In this document: piece after piece, positions 17,687 through 25,503 of the stretch
Layout: each line of letters begins with the position of its first letter
Position numbering within the stretch: the first letter of the stretch is position 1
DNA from: Moraxella nasovis
GTDB lineage: Bacteria > Pseudomonadota > Gammaproteobacteria > Pseudomonadales > Moraxellaceae
NCBI RefSeq assembly: GCF_022701215.1
Contig: NZ_CP089976.1
Location: 1,770,001-1,802,000 of the forward strand
Reading direction: 5' to 3'
Length of the DNA: 32,000 nucleotides
The notes under the pieces: generated by a model
What the model was told of the DNA's origin: nothing
What the model saw: only the letters and a program-made list of their open reading frames with translations
The model's database searches: none
Position numbers and translations under genes: made by a program

Positions 17687-18445
17687 TTATTCAAACTTAA
17701 CAATTTCACCCCAAAGTTTTAGCCTTGTCTTATTGGATAAGGCTTTTAATTCTCTGATGATTTTTTGAGATAATGTGCGTTTGGGTTTGATAAACTGATG
17801 ATTTTTGCGATGGCTTTCCAAATCACTATTTAAAGCCAAATTACCTTGTTTACAAACAACTTCTTGAATGCAAAGAGCGGGGGTTAATTGTAATACATTT
17901 TTACTTTTTATAATTTGATTAAATAAAATATCATCAATGGTGGTGATTTTTTCCTGTTTCTGAATTAGACTGAGCAACTCTATAATACACTGTTTAGAAA
18001 TAACATAAGCACCTGTACCATAATGAAAGGTGTTTAAGGTGCAAAGTTTTCTGTCATGTATCTTAGTTGGATTTGATAAATGTACGGGCGTTAAAACTGT
18101 TTCTAATTTTATCGCATCAAAATTTTTTGGCAACCAATCATAAGTATTTAAAAAAACTGCTGAATTTTCACCAAGATAAACATCATCTTCAAAAATGGTA
18201 ATATTATCCCAATTATTATCTATTGCTTTTTGCCACAAACACAGATGGCTTAATAAACAACCAATTTCACCAGAAGATAGGTCGGTTTTATTAAGATCAA
18301 TGCCAAATTTTATAGAGATTTCATTAATTTGACTTGGTGTAATCGCATCAAAAAATTCAAAATCAATGCCTTGTTTGCCAAATTCACGGCTGATATGATT
18401 TCTGCGGTCGCAAGCATTAGTTAGGCTAATGACGTAATTTTTCAT
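17687..18445 (-). CDS. Glycosyltransferase family 25 (LgtB/Lic2A/Lgt2-like LOS glycosyltransferase)
   Basis: 252 aa with the GT25 hallmarks YVISL...RR at the N-terminus, GEIGCLLSH and IFEDD. Its start overlaps the upstream gene's stop as ATGA (18442-18445). Confidence 0.85.
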   Translation of the reverse strand: MKNYVISLTNACDRRNHISREFGKQGIDFEFFDAITPSQINEISIKFGIDLNKTDLSSGEIGCLLSHLCLWQKAIDNNWDNITIFEDDVYLGENSAVFLNTYDWLPKNFDAIKLETVLTPVHLSNPTKIHDRKLCTLNTFHYGTGAYVISKQCIIELLSLIQKQEKITTIDDILFNQIIKSKNVLQLTPALCIQEVVCKQGNLALNSDLESHRKNHQFIKPKRTLSQKIIRELKALSNKTRLKLWGEIVKFE

Positions 18446-20070
18446 GGCTTATTTTCCATTGTTTGATGATTTAATTCCCATAAAATCAGATATTTATTAA
18501 AGGTATAACTGGCAGATGCACCAGCGTGTAATACGCCATAAGCCCCACCCAACACACCACCCCGAATTATATATTCTCTTAAAAAAGAAAAAATGGCACG
18601 TGCTATAATACTACCAAATCCTACTTTTTTGCCATAATTAAATTTATCTCTTGCCCAATCATTGCTATATCGGATATTTTTTTGGACAAAATGAACAAAG
18701 TTATCATTGGTAAGATGGATTAAATAACCATTTAATTTTTGGATATTGGCATTTTTGCTATCTAGCGACTCATGAACTTCCAGATTATTGTATTGATAGT
18801 CATCATTTGCATAAAGACGAGCTAAATTATCAGCATACCAAAAGCGTTTAATAACCTCCACGCCGCAAAAAAGATTGACTCTAGGCAAGGCAAAAACTGT
18901 TTGTTTTTGTACAGGTTTATTTAATACAGCAATAATTGCTTGACGTAATGTGTGCCCCAATCTTTCGTCAGCATCCAATACCAAAATATAATCACTTGTG
19001 GCATAGACTTGGGCGATTTGACGTTGTTTGCCAAAGCCTTGCCAATCGGTATTCACAAACCATTTCGCCCCGAATTCATCGGCAATTTGGCGAGTATTAT
19101 CCATGCTACCGCTGTCCAAAATGATAATTTCGTCCACTAAATCATGCACAGTATTTAGGCACGCCCTTAAATGCTTACCTTCATTTTTGCAAATCATCAC
19201 AAGCGATAGCGTGGATTTTTTTTGAGATAAATTAACGGGTGTTAACTTTTTGGTAAATTCTACTGATTGTAAAAATGTCTTTTCGGCTTGATTATTATCC
19301 AAATCATACAGGCATGCATATTTATTAAACGTATATTGAGCAAATAAGCACGAATAAATAAAACCATATCTGCCTTGTAAAAATCGCCCATCAATTAGAT
19401 ACTGACGAAAAAACTGCCAAATTGGATTGGCGATGATTTTAAAAAGATTAGATTTTTTGCCCTTGGCGTGCTTTTCATCCGCCCACGTCTTGGCATAGGA
19501 CAGGCGTTTTTTGAGTAAAAAGTCAAGATTAGGTGCGGTGTGGTGGTGCAAAAATCCTGCCAAACTTTGGGTTTTAGCGCCACTGACATCTAACGACTCA
19601 TGCACTAAAAGACTATTAAAGTTAAATCGTTTTGGAAATAACCGCCAATAGGACTTTACACCCCATAACGCATTATCAATTTGATGCCCAAAGATAAAAT
19701 CCAAGCGTTTTAAGCCATAAACGGTGTTGCTTGGTTTGGTTTTAATAACTTCTAAGATGCTCTGTTTTAGTGTGGGTGTCACTTCTTCATCAGCGTCCAA
19801 TGCCAAAATCCAATCGCCTGTGGCATAACTTTGGGCAAGCTTGCGCTGTTTGCCAAAACCTTGCCAATCGGTATTGACATACCATCTTGCCCCAAACGCT
19901 TCAGCAATCTTACGACTGTTATCGGTGCTACCACTATCTAAGATAATTATCTCATCTGCCAAATCATAAATGGCAGGCAAACAGATAGCAAGATTGTCTG
20001 CTTCATTTTTGACAATCATGACAACTGACAAGCGATAGGGTTTTGGTATGTCTTTTGGGTTAGATGGCAT
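18442..20070 (-). CDS. Two-domain (tandemly duplicated) GT2 glycosyltransferase, resembling the bifunctional Lgt3 described for M. catarrhalis
   Basis: 542 aa. Residues ~13-270 and ~287-542 are clear paralogues. Compare VVMIVKNE..DEIIILDSGSTDNSRKIAEAFGARWYVNTDWQGFGKQR..LDADEE with LVMICKNE..DEIIILDSGSMDNTRQIADEFGAKWFVNTDWQGFGKQR..LDADER. SD AGGAA lies upstream. Confidence 0.85.
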   Translation of the reverse strand: MPSNPKDIPKPYRLSVVMIVKNEADNLAICLPAIYDLADEIIILDSGSTDNSRKIAEAFGARWYVNTDWQGFGKQRKLAQSYATGDWILALDADEEVTPTLKQSILEVIKTKPSNTVYGLKRLDFIFGHQIDNALWGVKSYWRLFPKRFNFNSLLVHESLDVSGAKTQSLAGFLHHHTAPNLDFLLKKRLSYAKTWADEKHAKGKKSNLFKIIANPIWQFFRQYLIDGRFLQGRYGFIYSCLFAQYTFNKYACLYDLDNNQAEKTFLQSVEFTKKLTPVNLSQKKSTLSLVMICKNEGKHLRACLNTVHDLVDEIIILDSGSMDNTRQIADEFGAKWFVNTDWQGFGKQRQIAQVYATSDYILVLDADERLGHTLRQAIIAVLNKPVQKQTVFALPRVNLFCGVEVIKRFWYADNLARLYANDDYQYNNLEVHESLDSKNANIQKLNGYLIHLTNDNFVHFVQKNIRYSNDWARDKFNYGKKVGFGSIIARAIFSFLREYIIRGGVLGGAYGVLHAGASASYTFNKYLILWELNHQTMENKP

Positions 20071-20261
20071 AAAATTCCTAAGTTTATATTATATTGTATA
20101 TTTTATGTAAAAAACATTTTAGGTTATTTATAAAGCGATATCAAGCAAAAGAGTAATAAGGAGATGATTATCGGTAAAATTACCAAATTAATTTTCCCCA
20201 AAATCTGTAAAAATCGTGTATCATTGCATTATTTTGATAGTAAAATTCTAAGGAAGTAGCT

Positions 20262-21365
20262 ATGAGTGAACACACCAACTTAAACACATCAAAAATCCAA
20301 GAATTACGCTGTGAAATAGACAGTATTGATGAGCAAATCCAGCGACTGATTAATCAGCGTGCCTTGATTGCTCAATCGGTCGCTCAAGCAAAAAAACACC
20401 ACGAAAACCACCCAATCTTTTATCGTCCTGAGCGTGAGGCGCAAGTGCTAAAGCAGGTCATGGCTCGTAACACAGGACCGCTAAGTGGTGAGAAAATGGC
20501 ACGCTTATTTCGTGAAATTATGTCGGTGTGTCTTGAGCTTGAAGCTCCCCAAAAAGTGGCATTCTTAGGTCCTGTGGGGACATTTACGCACGCTGCTGCT
20601 TTAAAGCATTTTGGTAAAGCTGCAACCACTGTGCCTATGTCCACCATCACCGATGTATTTCGTGAAGTGGAGGCAGGCAGTGCTATGTATGGTGTTGTTC
20701 CTGTTGAGAACTCTTCTGAGGGTGTTGTTAATCATACTTTAGATGGTTTTTTAGGCTCTAATCTAAAGATTATTGGCGAGGTTGAGTTGCCAATCCATCA
20801 TAATTTTTTGGTGGCAGAGCATACTAAGGTGGATAGTCTAAGCCGTATTTATAGCCATCAGCAATCGCTTGCCCAATGTCGTCATTGGCTTGATGTGAAC
20901 TTCCCAAATGTCGAACGTGTGGCAGTATCTTCAAATGGCGAAGCCGCTCGTAGACTGCAAAGTGAATGGCATTCAGCGGCAATCGCAGGTGATGTAGCAG
21001 TGGCAGAGTATGGGCTACATAAGCTGTATGAGAACATCGAAGATAACCCAAGCAACACCACAAGATTTCTGATTATTGGGCGTGAGGATGTTGAGCCATC
21101 AGGTCAAGATAAGACTTCTATTTTAGTCTCCAGTCCAGACAGAGCAGGGGTTTTGATTGAGATTTTAGAGCCGTTAAAGCGTCACGGCGTATCTATGACC
21201 AGTATTGAAACACGCCCTGAGCGTCCAAATAAGTGGGCGTATGTGTTCTTTATTGACATGAATGGGCATATTAAAGATGAGAATGTAGCGACAGCTCTTA
21301 AAGAGATTCGCCCACTTGTTAAGGATTTAAGAGTGTTAGGTTCTTATCCAAAAGCAGTTTTATAA
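20262..21365 (+). CDS. pheA: Bifunctional chorismate mutase / prephenate dehydratase (P-protein)
   Basis: 367 aa with an N-terminal CM_2 helix region (LRCEIDSIDEQIQRLINQRA), a PDT domain (VAFLGPVGTFTHAAA...VPVENSSEG) and a C-terminal ACT domain (TRF...). SD AAGGAAG lies upstream. Confidence 0.93.
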   Translation: MSEHTNLNTSKIQELRCEIDSIDEQIQRLINQRALIAQSVAQAKKHHENHPIFYRPEREAQVLKQVMARNTGPLSGEKMARLFREIMSVCLELEAPQKVAFLGPVGTFTHAAALKHFGKAATTVPMSTITDVFREVEAGSAMYGVVPVENSSEGVVNHTLDGFLGSNLKIIGEVELPIHHNFLVAEHTKVDSLSRIYSHQQSLAQCRHWLDVNFPNVERVAVSSNGEAARRLQSEWHSAAIAGDVAVAEYGLHKLYENIEDNPSNTTRFLIIGREDVEPSGQDKTSILVSSPDRAGVLIEILEPLKRHGVSMTSIETRPERPNKWAYVFFIDMNGHIKDENVATALKEIRPLVKDLRVLGSYPKAVL

Positions 21366-21379
21366 CCGAGTCTAGGTTT

Positions 21380-23701
21380 ATGACACAAGACAACCATTCT
21401 AAGCAGTTACAGCTTAACTTGTGCGTGATTGGACTTGGGCTAATCGGAGCAAGCTTTGCCCAAAGCCTAAAAAATCACAGCCTAAAGCACGCTGATAAGT
21501 CGCCCATTGCTAAGATTACAGCAGTAGATGCAGACGCTAATAGCATTCGTGATGGCATTGCCCATGGATTATTAAGCTTGGGCAGTACTAGCGTTTATGA
21601 AGGTGTGGCTGGTGCAGATGTGATTATCATTGCTGTGCCAGTAAAAGCTGTGCCTGATGTATTGACCAAGATTAATCAAGCCATAAATGATGGTAAGCTA
21701 AGATCAGACTGTATCATTAGTGATGTATCTAGCACCAAGATGAGCATACTTGCTGCTGCAAAAGCGGTATTTGGTGCTATTCCAGCAACTTTCGTTCCTG
21801 CTCACCCCATTGCAGGAGCTGAAAATTCTGGATTTTTAGCTCGTAATGCAGACTTGTTTAGATATCATAAGGTTATCATCTGCCCGCATGATGAAGTTGA
21901 TGCCAATGCCGTGCAGGTGGTTAAATCATTATGGCAGATAACAGGTGCTGATGTCATACAGATGGATGCTAAACGCCATGATGATGTGCTTGCTTATACC
22001 AGTCATTTACCCCACCTATTGGCATTTAGCTTAACCCATCAGATGGCAAGCCATGATGATAATCTGGATATTTTTCGTTATGCAGCAGGCGGGTTTAGAG
22101 ATTTTAGTCGCATTGCAGCAAGCTCGCCTATCATGTGGCATGATATTTTTTTGGCAAATAAAGACGCGTTGCTTGATGCTTTGGATAAATACCAATCGCA
22201 ACTGCGTGATTTTCAAGAGATGATTGAGCATGAAGATTCTGCTCGGTTACTCCAGTGCTTAGATACCGCACGCCAAGCTCGTAGGCATTTTGGGCATATG
22301 CTTGCCAAAAAAACACAGCCCACTGCACAAAAATCAAATTCTTCTTTAGATAAACGCATAGGATATGACATGAATAATCAAAGCTACTATATCAGCCCAA
22401 GACAGAACATCAGTGGCACAATTAGTGTTCCGGGTGATAAATCTATCTCACACCGCTGCATTATGCTAGGGTCGCTTGCTGATGGTGTGAGTTGTGTCAG
22501 CGGATTTTTGGAGGGCGAGGATGCACTTGCCACTTTACAAGCCTTTCGTGATATGGGTGTAAAGATTGAGCGTAAGGGTGATAAAATTATCATTCATGGC
22601 GTGGGAATTGACGGACTAAAGCCTGCTAACAACCCACTATATATGGGAAATTCTGGCACGAGTATGCGACTGCTGGCAGGGATATTGTCCGCCCAAGCCT
22701 TTGATAGTGTGATGACAGGCGATGTCAGCTTATCAAAACGTCCTATGGAGAGAGTGGCGACACCACTAAGACAGATGGGGGCGGTCATTCAGACCACAGG
22801 CGACCGTGGTACAGCACCGATTTCTATCACAGGCAATCAAACCCTGCAAGGTATTAATTACACCTTGCCAGTTGCGTCCGCCCAAATCAAATCTTGCCTT
22901 ATTTTGGCAAGCCTATGGGCGAATGGCACAACCACCATCACCGAGCCTGAGATTAGCCGAGACCATACCGAGCGAATGCTTGGGGCATTTGGCTACCCTA
23001 TCCATAAAGACGGCAATACCATCAGCATCACAGGTGGTGGGCGACTAACTGCCACAGATATTGTCGTGCCAGCGGACATATCGTCTGCGGCGTTTTTTAT
23101 GGTGCTAGGTGCGATTGGTGGTGGGGAAGGATTGACGATTAACAAAGTTGGCATGAATCCGACACGCACAGGCGTGATTGATATTTTAAAGCTGATGAGA
23201 GCAGACATTAGCATCAGTAATGAGAAGCTGATTGGTGGCGAGCCGATTGCTGATATTACGGTGCGTCCATCTGACTTGCACGGGATTGATATTCCAGAGC
23301 ACCTTGTGCCACTTGCTATTGATGAATTTCCTGTGCTGTTTGTGGCGGCAAGCTGTGCTATTGGCACAACCAAGCTGACAGGGGCAAAAGAGCTTAGGGT
23401 CAAAGAATCTGACCGCATACAGGTGATGGCAGACGGACTTACGACACTTGGTATTGACTGCACGGTGTTAGATGATGGTATTATCATTTATGGTAAGGGC
23501 GTGGCAGGCGAGCGAAATGCCGTATTTGGTGGCGGTGAAATTGAAAGCCATCATGATCACCGTATTGCCATGAGCTTTGCGGTGGCAAGCAGTCGTGCCA
23601 GTGATGAGATTGTCATACATGGCACGCAGACGGTGGCGACAAGTTTCCCGAATTTTGCTCAATTGGCAAATAGTGTGGGGCTTGCCATTAGTGTTAAATA
23701 A
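21380..23701 (+). CDS. aroA: Fused prephenate/arogenate dehydrogenase (TyrA) and 3-phosphoshikimate 1-carboxyvinyltransferase (AroA)
   Basis: 773 aa. The N-terminal part has the Rossmann motif VIGLGLIGASFA and TSHLPH (TyrA). After a hydrophilic linker (aa ~311-330) comes EPSP synthase: VPGDKSISHR, GNSGTSMRLL, KESDR, HDHRIAMSF. Confidence 0.93.
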   Translation: MTQDNHSKQLQLNLCVIGLGLIGASFAQSLKNHSLKHADKSPIAKITAVDADANSIRDGIAHGLLSLGSTSVYEGVAGADVIIIAVPVKAVPDVLTKINQAINDGKLRSDCIISDVSSTKMSILAAAKAVFGAIPATFVPAHPIAGAENSGFLARNADLFRYHKVIICPHDEVDANAVQVVKSLWQITGADVIQMDAKRHDDVLAYTSHLPHLLAFSLTHQMASHDDNLDIFRYAAGGFRDFSRIAASSPIMWHDIFLANKDALLDALDKYQSQLRDFQEMIEHEDSARLLQCLDTARQARRHFGHMLAKKTQPTAQKSNSSLDKRIGYDMNNQSYYISPRQNISGTISVPGDKSISHRCIMLGSLADGVSCVSGFLEGEDALATLQAFRDMGVKIERKGDKIIIHGVGIDGLKPANNPLYMGNSGTSMRLLAGILSAQAFDSVMTGDVSLSKRPMERVATPLRQMGAVIQTTGDRGTAPISITGNQTLQGINYTLPVASAQIKSCLILASLWANGTTTITEPEISRDHTERMLGAFGYPIHKDGNTISITGGGRLTATDIVVPADISSAAFFMVLGAIGGGEGLTINKVGMNPTRTGVIDILKLMRADISISNEKLIGGEPIADITVRPSDLHGIDIPEHLVPLAIDEFPVLFVAASCAIGTTKLTGAKELRVKESDRIQVMADGLTTLGIDCTVLDDGIIIYGKGVAGERNAVFGGGEIESHHDHRIAMSFAVASSRASDEIVIHGTQTVATSFPNFAQLANSVGLAISVK

Positions 23702-23744
23702 CGTGTTTAACCCTTTTTAGGGATTGATTGTTGAGTGCTTTAGT

Positions 23745-24626
23745 GTGTCAAAACAAGCCATTACCACGACGCCACAAGGTCTGATGACCGCCTTAGCAGC
23801 GTTTTTAATTTGGGGGAATTTTCCTTTTTATTTTAAGCTATTGCATGAGTATGATGCCGTTGAGATTATTGTGCATCGAGTGGTTTGGACCTTTGTGCTT
23901 CTTGTCTTTGTGATGGTAATTGGACGGCGACGTTTATGGATTGATGAGATTATTAAAAATCCCAAGCAGCTTGGCTTGACATTCTTAGCAGCTTTGCTTA
24001 TCGCCACCAACTGGCTGGTCTATGTGTGGGCGGTCACTCATGATAAGGTGCTTGAGGCAAGCCTTGGGTACTTTATCAACCCTTTGATGGGCGTGCTATT
24101 ATCCATGGTGCTGTTTAAGGAACGCTTAAGAGTACTCCAAAAAATTGCTGTTTTATTGGTTGCGATTGCAGTCGGTATACAGGTGGTGATTTTTGGTGGT
24201 TTGCCTTGGGTGAGTCTGCTGCTTGCATTGTCTTTTGTGTTTTATGGGGCAATTCAAAGGCAAACTCCGTTTAATGCCATAGATGGGCTTTTCTTAGAAA
24301 CCTTGCTGTTATTGCCCATCTGTATTTTTTGGCTCGTGCAGTCTGATACAGTAAGCTCAAATCTTAATTTTTGGCTATCAAGCGATATTTTATTGCTGAT
24401 GTTTGCAGGCCCTATTACCTTGCTGCCACTACTGTTATATAATAAATCTACTAAGATGGTGAGATTTAATACGCTAAGCTTTATGGGGTATTCAACGCCC
24501 AGCATTGTATTTGCTTTGGCGGTGTTTTATTATCACGAGCCTTTTGATTTGCATAGTCTTGTGATATTTGGTTTGATTTGGGCGGGTTTGGCTATTTTTA
24601 GTGTTGATGTGGCGAAAAATCGCTGA
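23745..24626 (+). CDS. rarD: EamA/DMT-family transporter RarD
   Basis: Collinear with E. coli RarD: AFLIWGNFPFYFKL, HRVVWTF, EASLGYFINPL. Starting at the GTG at 23745 gives MSKQAITTTPQGLMTALAAF, which aligns with the E. coli N-terminus. Alternative starts are the TTG at 23724 and the ATG at 23784. Confidence 0.82.
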   Translation: MSKQAITTTPQGLMTALAAFLIWGNFPFYFKLLHEYDAVEIIVHRVVWTFVLLVFVMVIGRRRLWIDEIIKNPKQLGLTFLAALLIATNWLVYVWAVTHDKVLEASLGYFINPLMGVLLSMVLFKERLRVLQKIAVLLVAIAVGIQVVIFGGLPWVSLLLALSFVFYGAIQRQTPFNAIDGLFLETLLLLPICIFWLVQSDTVSSNLNFWLSSDILLLMFAGPITLLPLLLYNKSTKMVRFNTLSFMGYSTPSIVFALAVFYYHEPFDLHSLVIFGLIWAGLAIFSVDVAKNR

Positions 24627-24654
24627 TTTAAGTATTTAAAAAGTGGGGATTTAG

Positions 24655-25017
24655 ATGAATGATGTGGTATTTATCCAAGGATTGAAAGTTCAGACTGTCA
24701 TCGGTGTATATGATTGGGAGCGTGCCATTAAGCAGCTTTTGATGATTGATGCGAAGCTAACTTGTGATATGACTCAGGCGGCACAGACTGATGATGTGGC
24801 TTATGCCATTGATTATCAGGCGGTGTGTGCAGATATTGAGCAGATTTGCCATGACACTAAGGCAAAGCTGCTTGAGTATTTAGCAGATCAAATTTGCGAT
24901 GTATTACTACAAAGTTATCCTTGTGATAGTATCACCTTAACCATCCATAAACCTAACGCCATCACTGCTGCAGACAGCGTGGGTGTGCAGATTACTCGCC
25001 AAAAACCACACGCATAA
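24655..25017 (+). CDS. folB: Dihydroneopterin aldolase FolB
   Basis: 120 aa. MNDVVFIQGLKVQTVIGVYDWERAIKQ parallels E. coli FolB MDIVFIEQLSVITTIGVYDWEQTIEQ. There is a C-terminal KP...A..VGV motif. Confidence 0.88.
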   Translation: MNDVVFIQGLKVQTVIGVYDWERAIKQLLMIDAKLTCDMTQAAQTDDVAYAIDYQAVCADIEQICHDTKAKLLEYLADQICDVLLQSYPCDSITLTIHKPNAITAADSVGVQITRQKPHA

Positions 25018-25033
25018 CTATCCATACTATAAA

Positions 25034-25498
25034 ATGATACACTCTAGTGCGACAGTTCAGATTGATGGATTTTGCGACTTGCCAAAAGACGCCTTGGTGA
25101 GCGATGTTATCTTATCGCTTGGTAGTAATGCTGACAGCGTGCGAGCGTTTTATATTGCAAAACAAGCATTAGATCAGCTTGGTGAGTTGATGATGTCTGA
25201 TCGTATTATTGGTAAGGATTTTACAGGCAAGACTGATAAGATTTATCATAACGCATGTGCGTCTTTACGATGTCATAACCCTGCCAGTATTGTGCAATTA
25301 TCCCAAAATTTTAAGCAAATAGAAAGATTATGCGGTCGCAGTGCGGATAATACAATCAAGCAATATGTACCGATGGATTTAGATATTTTAGCAGTACGCA
25401 TTAATAAGTGCTGGTATATCCATACCAAAAGACTACCCCTTAAGGCACACGAAAGAGCAGGGCTATCGCAAGTTGCACAGTGGCTACTTAGCTATTGA
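25034..25498 (+). CDS. Divergent 6-hydroxymethyl-dihydropterin pyrophosphokinase (HPPK/FolK)-like protein
   Basis: 154 aa from the ATG at 25034. Motifs run in HPPK order: LSLGSN, YHNA, IERLCGR, PMDLDIL, AHERAG. Several canonical residues differ (see findings). The position downstream of folB supports the call. The GTG at 24983 in the track overlaps folB. Confidence 0.6.
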   Translation: MIHSSATVQIDGFCDLPKDALVSDVILSLGSNADSVRAFYIAKQALDQLGELMMSDRIIGKDFTGKTDKIYHNACASLRCHNPASIVQLSQNFKQIERLCGRSADNTIKQYVPMDLDILAVRINKCWYIHTKRLPLKAHERAGLSQVAQWLLSY

Positions 25499-25503
25499 TT
25501 TAG

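Noticed and set aside
17016-18683. Other homopolymers in the glycosyltransferase genes, considered as phase-variation tracts: T7 at 17016-17022, A7 at 18150-18156 and T7 at 18677-18683.
   Set aside because: Seven-base A/T runs are common in AT-rich DNA and are below the lengths usually associated with switching. Only the A8 in the inter-domain linker has a notable sequence consequence.
20164-20259. A 31-codon ORF (MIIGKITKLIFPKICKNRVSLHYFDSKILRK) just upstream of pheA, considered as a PheL-like attenuation leader peptide.
   Set aside because: It has only two Phe codons and no run of them. The AGGAG abuts the ATG with no spacing. I see no terminator/antiterminator hairpins between it and pheA.
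22993-23487. A 164-aa ORF antisense to aroA. There are many similar nested or antisense ORFs in the track: 5008-5388, 10968-11357, 13735-14070, 14680-15006, 27352-27777, 27563-27946, 25672-25974, 2317-2529 and 281-478.
   Set aside because: All lie entirely inside strongly supported genes on the opposite strand or in another frame. Their products are low-complexity (Ser/Pro/Ile/Arg-rich) and have no start-site signals. They are typical shadow ORFs.
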